23,486 bases of DNA from an uncultured Acidobacteriota bacterium (GTDB lineage: Bacteria > Acidobacteriota > Thermoanaerobaculia > Gp7-AA8), in contig CAVUKB010000008.1 of NCBI GenBank assembly GCA_963741955.1, positions 1 to 23,486 of the forward strand, given 5' to 3'. Within the stretch, counting starts at the first letter, position 1. Each line of letters starts with the position of its first letter. The notes under the pieces are model-generated. The model had not been told where the DNA came from. It did no database searches and saw only the letters and a list, made by a program, of their open reading frames with translations. The position numbers and the translations under genes were made by a program. Of the stretch, positions 12,519 to 22,254 are shown one piece after another.

Positions 12519-13237
12519 TCACTGCGGTGTGATCACTTCAACGTCTTCGGAATCGTTATTCGTCACGGTCACGAAGGCCCAAAGGCGCACGTCGTGAGAA
12601 CCAGCGATCTGGATCCAGCCGTAATCACCGAAAACTGCCGACCTACCTCGATCGGAAATTGTGCGTACCTCAGCTCGGTAATCACGTTTGGATGAATCGC
12701 ATCTATTCGCCAGCTCGCGACGGGCAGATTATCGAGCATTGTTCGAAGCGTGACCTCGATCGTCTCTGTGCCAACGCGGTCCGGCGTAAGAAGTATATAC
12801 ATTCGCAAAGTCAACCGATCCGAATCCCGAAATGGGATCCCAGTCAACAGTGCCTCCCCTCTCAGGAGTTCGTCCTCACGAACGACCGGAATTTCGGTCA
12901 TCCGGTCCGATTTCCCGTCCGCCATGACTGTCAGACGGAACGCCACGTGTTCGCCGTCGTACAGCTTCCAGAGCATTTCCCTGCCAATGCGAAAATCGAC
13001 GAGGCTGCTCTGGGCGGCAATCGGGAAAGCCACCGGAGGGCTCGAAGCGACCATTTCGGCCAGCGAGTCGCCGGCGTTCGTCACGGACAGCTTGACCTTC
13101 CACGTCGTAGCGTGAGCGCCCTCGTATTCGCCGGGGGGGATCGGCAGCAGAACATACGATTCGCTCGCGAGCGCCGACGCGGAGGCGACAATCCACGTGA
13201 CCAGCACGAAACACAAAGGCTTTATCTTTTTTCTCAT
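12519..13237 (-). CDS. Secreted hypothetical protein; frameshift near the C-terminus
   Basis: Signal peptide MRKKIKPLCFVLVTWIVASASALA|S; VLLPI..GAHATTWKVKLSVTN; TEIPVVRE; RLTLRMY. A shifted frame gives the tail DVRLWAFVTVTNNDSEDVEVITPQ-stop (TGA 12519-12521). I recall this motif set from a paralogous hypothetical family in Thermoanaerobaculia; not verified by search. Confidence 0.75.
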
Positions 13238-13309
13238 ATCGTCCCGCTGGTTGCGGCTTTGCCTCGCCGCGTCAGTTTGCTCCTCCGATCTCCAACTCGA
13301 GTTCAATAA

Positions 13310-14473
13310 CTAATTCGGCGACCCGCTACCGAGGCCAGTGAGTCGATTGGTCGTTGCCTTTCCCTTTCAGCGCGGCTTCGAGTTGAGCTGGAGTGTACGT
13401 TGGGTTGATTGACAGAAATTTGGCCATGACCCCGGCGACATGAGGCGATGCTCCTGACGTTCCACCGAACAATATCTCGCCGTAGAAGTTGTGCGGATCA
13501 GCGGCCGCTGTATCGACTCCGGGAGCGAACAGATCCACGCACGCTCCCCGGTTAAAAAACGCCGCCATCGCGTCAGCGCTATTCGAGGCACCGACAGTTA
13601 CCACTCCGTCCATTGATCCCATTCCCGAAGGCTGGCCCGCACATGCGTCCAAAGAGTCATTGCCCGCCGCGACAACAATGGGAACCATCTGCGCCAGGTT
13701 CGCGGTCGCGGTACTTACTAACGGGCTATTATAGTCGATCAGGCTCATGTTCACGACGCTCGGCCCGGAGTCGTGATTCCCGATCCACTCCAATCCGGCG
13801 ATCCAATCAGCCGTGGATGTCGAGAGCTACGTACATCCGTAGACCCGAACGTCGTATATGTTTGATGCTCGCGCGACACCGTGGGTCGCCCCGGCTGCCT
13901 GGCTGGCTACTGCAGTTCCGTGCGGATAGCAGTCGTCGGTCCTATTCTCCCCGGAAGCTGACACGAAGTTGATGTTACCGACAAGTCGGCCTCCGAATCC
14001 GGAGTGGTCGTTCACCCCCGTATCCACAACGAAGATCGTGACGTTCGCGCCATCGACATCCTGGTACGCGTATGATGACGAGAGAGGCAGGTCTCGCTGA
14101 TCGATCCGATTCAGCCCCCAATTGCTAGGATTGTACTGGATGGAAGCAACCTCGAAGTGAGAGTCTTGGTAAACCGCGTTCACAATGGGATTCCTGCTCA
14201 CGGCCATCGCCGCTTGCTCGGACCCTCGAAACGAGAATCCGCGAAGTAACGTTGTGTAGGTGTACCCAAGCGTATTGGCGCCGACTAACTTCGCTGCTGT
14301 AATGGGTATATCTTCTACCTCGTCGTTCAGAAGAGCGATGTACACTCCCCGATTCGTGTTATCCGAACGATGGATGTAGCCTGTTGCGCCGCAACGTATG
14401 GACGAATGATCGCCATCGCCAACACGGCGATGGCGATCTCTCTTCCAGCTCGTGTGCATCTCAGGTATTGCAT
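13310..14473 (-). CDS. S8 subtilase (aqualysin/proteinase K-like) with I9-like propeptide; about 3 frameshifts
   Basis: ATG 14473 with signal-like MQYLRCTRAGREIAIAVLAMAII; propeptide ..YTTLLRGFS..VNAVYQD; NWGLNRIDQRDLPL; VVDTG (Asp), HGTAVAS (His), VVNMSL, VAAGND, DLFAPG, GTSGASPHVAG (Ser); last frame KATTNRLTGLGSGSPN-TAG (13310-13312). Confidence 0.92.
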
Positions 14474-14694
14474 GCAGTCTTCCTCTTTCTTCTTGTCTTT
14501 CTGTCTTTCTGAATCTCTTGAACTTGCTTGCGGCACCGGGTGAGTCGCCGCCGCGATAGCACTGTCTTGAAGATGACCCCGGGGCCACCATCGCTCAGTG
14601 GCGGTGCTCGTCCGGCCGGCAGCGTTTTAGGGCAAGAAACCCGTCTTCGTTTGCAGCCTCTCGCGAAGAGATGATGGGGTCGTGACCGCGTCCG

Positions 14695-15084
14695 TTAGCC
14701 GCGGCGGTACGTGGTCTTCGCGTTCGAAACGCCCGCGGTCCGGAGAAGGTGGATGGCGTGAATCAGCCGTTGGGACAGCTCCCGCACGTCCGTAGACCCT
14801 CTGACGCTGCGGGGCACGACGGTCGGGGTCCCGCCTAAGCTTAGTGATGTCGCACCACTGCCCGATCCTTCACGATCGCGCACCAAACCGGCAGCAATCC
14901 CCCGGCAGGCTGCCAGCAGTCGCATGATGTTCCCCTCCCATCTTGGGAGCTCCGCGAGGAGACCGTATTGGTACCCAGGTTCGGACCACCGTAACGGTTT
15001 CGTAACACCAGAATTGAAGATTGCCGGCGGTTCGACCGGTCCTTCAAGGCCTAAGACTTCGTCGATCGATCTTTCTCTGGCCAT
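14695..15084 (-). CDS. Possible 129-aa hypothetical protein
   Basis: GGAG 5 nt before ATG 15084; MARERSIDEVLGLEGPVEPP...; fills an otherwise empty gap, but has no recognisable motif and is the tail of an antisense shadow ORF. Confidence 0.25.
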   Translation of the reverse strand: MARERSIDEVLGLEGPVEPPAIFNSGVTKPLRWSEPGYQYGLLAELPRWEGNIMRLLAACRGIAAGLVRDREGSGSGATSLSLGGTPTVVPRSVRGSTDVRELSQRLIHAIHLLRTAGVSNAKTTYRRG

Positions 15085-15135
15085 ATACGCTCCGGGACTG
15101 CTCCGTCCCCGCACGATTTCTGTTAGATTTCCGCC

Positions 15136-16215
15136 ATGAGATGGCTTGCTCTCTCTCTTCTCCCTCCTCGCACTCCCCGCTCTCGGAGGTGAACCGCCGA
15201 TGGATCCGCCGTCGCAGGGCGATTCGCCGACCTGGCCCTCGGCTGCGTTCGGAAGGAGTACCCCAACAAGATCGCTCACGTGATGCAGAGTGACGCGGAT
15301 GCGAAGACGCCGCGGCAGCTGACGCCCGCGTTCTACGGCTGCTTCGACTGGCACTCCGCGGTCCATGGGCACTGGATGCTGGCTCGGCTCGCCCGGCTCT
15401 ACCCGGACCAGCCGCTCGCTGCGAAGGCGAAGGCGGCGCTTGCCGCGAACATCACCGCGGATCACATCCGGAGCGAGGTCGCGTACTTCAACGGAGCGGG
15501 ACGCGCGAGCTTCGAGCGGCCTTATGGACTCGCCTGGCTCCTTCAGCTCGGGACGGAACTGCGGGAGTGGAACGACCCCGACGCGAAAGAACTGTCGCAG
15601 AATCTTCAGCCGCTGGAAACCGCGGTCGCGGCGAGACTCACTGAATGGCTCCCCAAGCTCGAGCACCCGATCCGGTCGGGCGAGCATAGTCAGACCGCAT
15701 TCGCGCTCGGACTGATCTCCGACTGGGCCGAGAGCAGCGGAGACGCGGCGATGAAGAGCCTGGTGGAAAAGAAGATCCGGCAGTTCTACATACCCGACCG
15801 CGATTGCCCGCTCCGCTATGAGCCCTCTGGCGAAGATTTTCTCTCTCCCTGCCTCGCCGAAGCGGATGTCGTGCGCCGGGTGCTCAAGCCGGCCGATTAC
15901 GCGGCGTGGCTCGGACGTTTTCTCCCGGACGTGCCGCTCGACGGTTCGACCGGGTGGCTCACTCCCGAAGTCTCGCCCGACCCGACGGACGGTAAGCTCG
16001 CGCACCTCGACGGACTCGACCTGAGCCGCGCGTGGATGCTCCAGGGCATCGCATCGGGACTCCCGGCGAATGACCCACGCATCTCTTCGCTTCGGAAGAC
16101 CGCCGATGCACACGCACGGCAGGGGCTCGCGGCGGTCACGGGTGAGCATTACGAGGGCGGGCACTGGCTCGGCAGCTTTGCGACGTATCTCATGACGAAC
16201 CGCGGGATTCGCTGA
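15136..16215 (+). CDS. DUF2891 family protein, probably secreted; frameshifts in the 5' 100 nt
   Basis: ATG 15136 MRWLALSLL; shifted frame RFADLALGCVRKEYPNKIAHV; PAFYGCFDWHSAVHGHW, FERPYGLAWLL, PIRSGEHSQTAFAL, EPSGEDFLSPCL, DGKLAHLDGL.LSRAW, HYEGGHWLGSFA. Confidence 0.9.
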
Positions 16216-16271
16216 TCTCGCGTTCCGCACCAGCGGCACAGGACCCCGCCCCCCTCTTCGAGACGGCCCGG

Positions 16272-16350
16272 TGCTACACTGGATCTTTCGAACAGGAGAC
16301 GGCGTTCCTCCACCGGAGGTCGCCAGAAAGGTCCATCGGCGGTGTTCGAA
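16272..16350 (+). ncRNA. Candidate small structured RNA preceded by an extended -10 element
   Basis: TGcTACACT at 16272-16280; 6 nt later a perfect 8-bp stem TTCGAACA (16287-16294) / TGTTCGAA (16343-16350) encloses GGCG-TT-CCTCC-acc-GGAGG-T-CGCC. No plus-strand gene follows. Confidence 0.35.
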
Positions 16351-16473
16351 TGGGGGGCCGGAACCTTCAACGACGGAGCGGGAGACAATATTACGGATCG
16401 GACGAGACGAATAGGTATCAATTACTGCGTCCAATCAGAGTGATTGATATACATATCATTTATAAGGTCTATT

Positions 16474-16515
16474 TCTTGATTCTAATTTCTGCACCCTGAA
16501 TTCTGCATTCATTTT
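16474..16515. repeat. Imperfect 7-bp tandem repeat array
   Basis: TCTTGAT TCTAATT TCTGCAC CCTGAAT TCTGCAT TCATTTT, 2 nt from the stop of the AttH-like gene. Confidence 0.65.
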
Positions 16516-16517
16516 CG

Positions 16518-17691
16518 TCAAGGCCGCAGCGGTTCGTCATACCCCGTCATCTCGACGTATCCCTCCCCCTGCACCGGAGTCCCGCCGGCCCGGCCGTCGA
16601 CGTGGACCGCACCTTCCCAGTAGGTCACCCCGGTCGACTCTGTCGTCGCGAGCTCCTGATCGCGCACACCGGATCGAGGGTGATCCGAAGTCCGATAGGC
16701 CGCACCGTGAGTGTCCAGCCCATGGGGTACGTCGCTCCTGTCGCGGGAGAGGTCCACGACCCACTCGGCTCGATGAGGAACTCGTCATGGCGGAGGTGGA
16801 TCACCCGTCCGTCTGCGGCGATGAACGATCCGGACGAGGTGTCGGCGATGCGGCCGTTCCTCTGTCGCATCTGATACAGCATCAGCTCGGTGTGATTGTC
16901 GAGCTGCACCGAGAACCAGTCCCAACCCGACTGTGCCTCGGAGAGCGTGGCGCTGCCGAACTCGTGATCCATCCAGGCGGTGCCGCTGCACTTCCGGGTG
17001 ACTCCTTTCGAGCGGATCGTTCCAGTTGCTGCGATCCGGGTGTAGGAATAGTAGTGGGAGGCGTACCCGGTACCCGGCGCCTTGACGCTCACGCCGTTCA
17101 CACCATGGATGGCGGGCGGCTTGGTGGGCGTGAGCACGAGATCGACCGCGTCGCCACCGGATGCCGCGTGCAGGCTCCAGTTCCCGTCCTCTCTCGTTTC
17201 GACGCTCCATCCTTCATTGAACACCGAGAGGCGTCCCGCAGCGGCCATGGCGGTGTAAGGGCTCTCGCGGTTGAGCCGTTCGGCATACCGGAAATCGTCT
17301 TCAGGAACGTCGGTGAGTGCGAAGTGCGCCATGGCGAGATCGTGGAGATCCCACGCCGTCTGCGACTCGCTATCGGGAGGGAGCACTCCGATCCGGAAGA
17401 ACGTCACCTCGAATCCGTACTCACCCCCCTCGGGAGTGAAGAGGTGACCGGTGAAATACCACCATTCGTTCTGGTATCCGGGGTGCGCCCCCTCGTCTTC
17501 CGGGAAGTGGAATTCGTAGCCGGGAAGAGCAGGAAGAAATCCCGCTTCGACGGCGGGGGAGGTGTCCGGGGCCGGAGCGGGAGGAGCGGCGTACGCCGCG
17601 GTCGTGAAGCCAGCGAGAATCAGCATCAGAAGAACGACGGCAGGGGCCAGGTGAACACCGCGCCGAGCAGCTCTCGAGGGAATTCGGCCAC
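16518..17691 (-). CDS. attH: AttH-like secreted lipocalin-domain protein (CrtC-like + Lipocalin_9); frameshift near 16670; start uncertain (GTG 17691 or ATG 17626)
   Basis: FPEDEGAHP.YQNEWWYFTGHL, YGFEVTFFR, ASHYYSYTR, GTAWMDHEFGS, GWDWFSVQLD, WTSPATGATYPMGW, then DQEL..TGVTYWEGAV..GEGYVEMTGY; signal-like LAPAVVLLMLILAGFTTAAYA. Confidence 0.9.
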
Positions 17692-17729
17692 TTCGTTCAA
17701 ACCTCCAGTCATCCGTGACTTGCGAACGG

Positions 17730-17735
17730 TATAAT
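17730..17735 (+). promoter_or_regulatory. Consensus sigma70 -10 hexamer TATAAT upstream of the TPR-cNMP gene
   Basis: Exact TATAAT 13 nt before ATG 17749 in a GC-rich context; no good -35 or SD, so the leader would be very short. Confidence 0.4.
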
Positions 17736-17748
17736 ATCGACTCCGAGC

Positions 17749-19540
17749 ATGGGAGAGCCGGTGGCAAAGTCGCCGCAGCGATTCAACGCCGACGACGCAT
17801 CGATCCCGATCGACGCGAAGGATCTCGCTGCACTCGCGAGGCGCTACGCCGATCAGTCGATGTACGACGAGGCGATCCACCTGTACGAGATGGCGTGCAA
17901 ACTCACGCCCGGATCGGTCTCGCTCCGGATCAACCTGGCTCGGGTGGTCGATCTGAAGAAGCAGTCGGAGGCCACCCGCGTCGAACAGGTGCGGCGGGAC
18001 ATCAACGCCAAGCGGTCGCGCGACGAGATCGACTCGTCCCAATACATCGGTCTTGCCCAGCATTACATCGAGAAGGACCAGACCACGAAGGCGATCGAGC
18101 TGCTCGAGATCGCCAAGCTGAAGACGCCACAGTCACCGCCCCTACGAGATTCTCGGCAGACTCTACTTCTCGGAGGGGGGAATGGAGGAGCAGTCGTGGG
18201 ACGAGATCCGGATCGCACGAAAGTTCAACCCGTTCGACCGGGAGCTGGCCAGCTCTCCGGGCGGATCCAGTTCGAGCTCAAACGGTTCGGCGATGCCCTC
18301 GACGATTTCATCGATGCGTTCCTTCTCTCCACCGACCAGAAGGGAGAGGGGTCAGAGCCGATCCGCCGGATGATCAACACGCTCAAGCGGATCCTCTCCT
18401 CGAGACCAAAGAGCTGAATGCCCGAATCCGGGACCGGGTCGAACATCTCCAGCTCTGTACTGAACGCCTGGAGTTCCGGAAAGAGAACCTCTTCCGAGTC
18501 GAGCGGAAAAGCTACGGGCAATCGTCGCGAAGGTCAATCGCGACGTGGAGAAGCGGGAGAATCTGATCCAGATCGCGTCGGAGCTGAAAGCTTCGGCACG
18601 TTCCGCCACATGAAAGACGAACAGATCTTCGCCTCTCCCGTTTCGCGAGGCTGGTCGAATCGAAATCGGGCGAGTTTCTCTTCCACGAGAACGATCGTTC
18701 CATGGACTTCTACATCATCCGCGAGGGACGGATCGAAGTGCGCAAGGAGACGCCGTTCGGTGCGCAGCGACTTGCGGAGATCGGAGCGGACAAGATCGTC
18801 GGCGAGATGAATTTCATCGACCGGACCCACCGCTCGTCCGACGCGATCCCCTCTCCGACGCCGCCTGTTACTCCTTCTCCTTCAGTGCGCTCGACCAGAT
18901 GATGGACGAGGACAAGGAGATCGCGGTGGCACTCCACTGGGCGTTCTGGCGATCGCTCTCCGAAAAGGTACGCGACGCGAACGAACAGCTGAAGTCGTTC
19001 TTCGTCGAAGACGCGAAACGAGGCGGCGGCCGGAAGAAGATCGAAGGAGTCCGCGAAACTCAGGAGGTGCGGGTCCGTTCGGAAGACAAGGTGGACCTGT
19101 TCGCGGTGAGCGTGGTCTCTCCGCGGCGGAAATGAAGCTCCTGGCCACGTTCTCGAGCGAAGAGCGATTCCGCTCCGGGTCGATGATCATGCGGGGAAGG
19201 AGAACAGGGCGACAAGCTCTACATCATTCTCGATGGCCGCGTCCGTATTTCCAAGTTCATCCCGGGCGTCGGGGAGGAAGCGCTCGCGGTGCTCGATCGG
19301 GGCGATTTCTTCGGCGAGATGGCGCTGATCGACGAGAGCGTCCGTTCCGCCGACGCGAAGGCCCACGAAGCGGACGCAACCGTCCTTTCGATCGATCGCG
19401 CGACGCTCAACGAGATCCTGGCAATGGATCCGCACGAATCACTGCAGTTCCTGAATCTGCTGTGCCGGATGATCACGCGGCGGCTTCGGGAGATCAACGA
19501 CAAGATCGTGCAGTGGAAGTACATGTCGGGCGGCTTCTGA
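17749..19540 (+). CDS. TPR-repeat protein with two cyclic-nucleotide-binding domains; multiple frameshifts
   Basis: TPR-like helices (LARRYADQSMYDEAIHLYEMACKLTP; LAQHYIEKDQTTKAIELLEIA; LGRLYFSEGEW; SGRIQFELKRFGDALDDF). cNMP-1: GEFLFHENDRSMDFYIIREGRIEV..IVGEMNFIDRTHRSSDA. cNMP-2: GEQGDKLYIILDGRVRI..GDFFGEMALIDESVRSADAKA. Fragments tile 17749-19540 continuously; a single gene is an inference. Confidence 0.82.
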
Positions 19541-19585
19541 CCGGGCTCCCCGACCTCCACTCGCGCCGTCGACCGAGAGATTCAA

Positions 19586-20523
19586 TTGCCGACTGCCATC
19601 GCCGCACATCCAGCCACAACCGCTTTTGTCGCGCTCCCTTCTGCCGTCGCACCGTTCCTCCCGTGGCTCTTTTTCGCCGGCTTCTTCCTCGGCTTCTGGC
19701 TCGTCTTCGCTTTCTCCCTTCCCGCCGCGGGCCGTCTCGCGCGCGGGATCTGGAGGAGGACCACTCGAGTGGGGTCCGCTGGTCGTGGGCGGCTGCACGG
19801 ATCGGCGTGCTCCGGCACCGGCTCGGCGGTGCGGTCGACTACCTCCCGATCGTCATCATTCTCGCGATCGCGATCGGAGCCGCAATGGTGGCAGGGGACG
19901 GCTTTCTCGATCTGGCGGAGATGGTTCACGGCCGCAGTCCCGCACTGGCGGCAGTCGATCAGCAGGTGCACGCCCAGGCACTCTACTTCCGCGGCCGCTC
20001 CGCGACGGCGTTCTTCACTACGATGACCTGGATCGGGACACCGTGGGGTGTCGGAATCATCACACTCGTCGTCGCCGCGATTCTGATGTGGAAGCGACAA
20101 CGTGCACTCGCGATGTACGTGGTGGCGACCACAGTCGGCGCCGGTCTGCTCGACCTCGAGCTGAAGAGCTTCTTCCACCGCGCGCGTCCCGATCTGGCCG
20201 AGGCTCTGATGAAAGCACACGGGTTTTCGTTTCCCAGTGGTCACGCGCTCGGATCCACAGCCCTGTACGGCGCACTCGCCTGGGTGGTCTTCCGCATCGC
20301 CGCCCGCTGGAGCGTCCGCTCCGCGGCGTTCGCGTTCGCCACGACCATGGTTCTCGCGATCAGCAGTTCACGCCTCTACCTCGGCGTTCACTGGATCTCC
20401 GACATCGGTGCAGGAATCGCCGCCGGAGTCGCGTGGCTCGTCGGAACCACCACGGCACTCGAAGTGGGCCGGCGGATTCGCGCGATGCGAAGGACTCGCG
20501 GACCGATCGCCGCGGAAGAATGA
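19586..20523 (+). CDS. PAP2-family membrane phosphatase (undecaprenyl-PP/PgpB-like); frameshift near 19770
   Basis: C1 KSFFHRARP, C2 SFPSGH, C3 SRLYLGVHWISD; several TM segments; N-terminal TM in ORF 19586..20026; start uncertain. Confidence 0.9.
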
Positions 20524-20571
20524 CTTCGGAACAATGGGGAGTTCGGAGGCGGCGCACGCCCGGGGAGCCGG

Positions 20572-21997
20572 TCAGGGACGGAAACGGCGGATGTCCTCTT
20601 CCGCGCCGAGCGGACGCCGTGGTCCGTGAACTTCCCTCACCAGCTGAGTGATCGTCACCGCCCCGAGGGTCTTCACCACGCAGTCGTCGAAGGCGGAGAA
20701 GAGACGCGAGATCGACTCCTTCACCCTGTCTTCCTCTCCCGTCAATGGGAGCTCGCGGTTGCCTCCTTCCATCACCCGGAGGACCTCTTCCACGGAGATC
20801 TTGTCCGGATCGAAGCCTGGGACGAAGCCTTCCCAGTCGCCTCCGATCTCCTTGACGAGCTGCTGGTCTTCGAGCCGGCGGAGGACGTTGACCATCTGCC
20901 GGTCGGTCGCTCCGAACTCTTCCGCCAGACGGTAGGAGGAAGGCGCGTCTTCCCGCATCGAAACGGCGCGTGATCTCGACCAGCGAGCGGAGTGCGAAGT
21001 AGGTGTCGTAGCGCGGGTCCTCGTGAAGCTGAAGCTCGGAGGCGCGGAGCACTCCTCTGAGGTTCTGAAAACGAAGCTGATCTCGACGCCGAGGAGAACG
21101 ATCACCCACATCAACTCGAGAGCGACGAGAAAGACGATCAGGAGGCCGAGAGTCCCATAGATACATTCAGGCCGGCGAAGAGGCGTGCGGTGTACCAGCC
21201 GAACGCGCTTCGAACGAGCTCGAAGAGAATGGAAGTGATGGCTGACCCGAGGAGCGCGGCCTTGAATGTCGCACGAGTGGCAGGGACCAGCCAGAACAGC
21301 ATGGTGAATGCAACGAAGAGCATCAGCAGTGGCAGAAGCGCGAGAATGAGATCGCTACTGACGTACCGGCTGACGTACGGGCTCTTCTGCAGAGATGAGG
21401 TGGTGGTGAAGGAAAGGCCGATCAGAAGCGGTCCCCAGAACAGCAACATGGTGAAGGCGCGCAGCTTCTGGCGGTAGCCACGCGCTTTCGGCACCTTCCA
21501 GATCTTGTTCACCGCGTCTTCAACGGCCATGAAGAGCTCGAACGAGATCAGGAGAAACACGACCGCGCCGAATGTGGATGCGGTCTCGGCGTTCTGTGCG
21601 AACCGATTGATGTGGTACGCGATCTCGCCGGACCGATACGGGACAATGAGGTTCAGGATCGTGTCGAGCTGGGCCCGGAAGTCGGGAAAAGGCGAGCGAA
21701 ATAGTTCCGGATGACGTAGGAAAACGCCACCACCAGGGGAACGAGTGAGAGGAGAGTGGTGTACGCCAGCGACGCGGCACGGGTCAGGATCTGGTTTCGA
21801 AGGGACTCGCGCACCACTTCGCGCAGGAAGAGAACCCCCTCGATCGCATGGATTCGGAAGCGGTGCTGTCCCTGGGCGCTCCTCCGGTAGATCAGGACCG
21901 CTTCGTCCGTCCAGAACGAGAGGAGATTCCGTCTGAGATCCTGAATCCACTCGCTGGCCGATCGGCGTCCGCCGGGGTGTTGCGGTTGCTCGCTCAT
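20572..21997 (-). CDS. YihY/BrkB family inner-membrane protein with C-terminal Rrf2-like winged helix; several frameshifts
   Basis: GGAGG SD, ATG 21997; RAASLAYTTLLSLVP; VEDAVNKIWKV; LFWGPLL; FELVRSAFGWY; WVIVLLGVEISF; then LAEEFGATDRQMVNVLRRLEDQQLV..GFVPGFDPDKISVEEVLRVMEG. Confidence 0.88.
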
Positions 21998-22254
21998 ATC
22001 CTCCCGCGACCGGTTCGGTTTGCCCGAGTTCCGTCCCAGTATAGACGAGGGAACGGAGAACCACCCCGGGAGGCCGTCGCCTGCACGGTCAGCCGTGGTC
22101 TGCACCGGCACGATCCGGTACCGAGGGTCACGTTTTCGCTCTTCAGAGTATCGCTCTCCCCCCGGGATTCCGCGACCCCCTCTGCTGCAAAGTAGAGACC
22201 GGAACGACGGTTCTGTCCGCCGTGAGCAGGGGCATTGCATAATGTCGGAGAAGA

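Noticed and set aside
14575-14685. c-di-GMP-I riboswitch upstream of the subtilase
   Set aside because: GCGA, GCAAA and CTAA fragments occur, but the GGCAAA-P2-GACGCAAAG arrangement is absent.
16295-16330. Fluoride (crcB) riboswitch
   Set aside because: The 5' segment is similar but has GAC for the conserved GAU, lacks the 3' GCURAUGAC-type segment and has no downstream gene; kept only as an unassigned RNA candidate.
14695-16434. 579-aa minus-strand ORF and other long antisense ORFs (5894..7291, 11412..12377, 16787..17734, 491..1192)
   Set aside because: Shadow ORFs opposite well-supported genes; Arg/Pro-rich with no motifs, as expected in high-GC DNA.
16446-16473. dif-like XerC/XerD site (GATATACATAT-CATTTA-TAAGGTCTATT)
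   Set aside because: Only 6/11 matches per arm to E. coli dif and the conserved TTATG core of the XerD arm is broken; expected by chance in AT-rich DNA.
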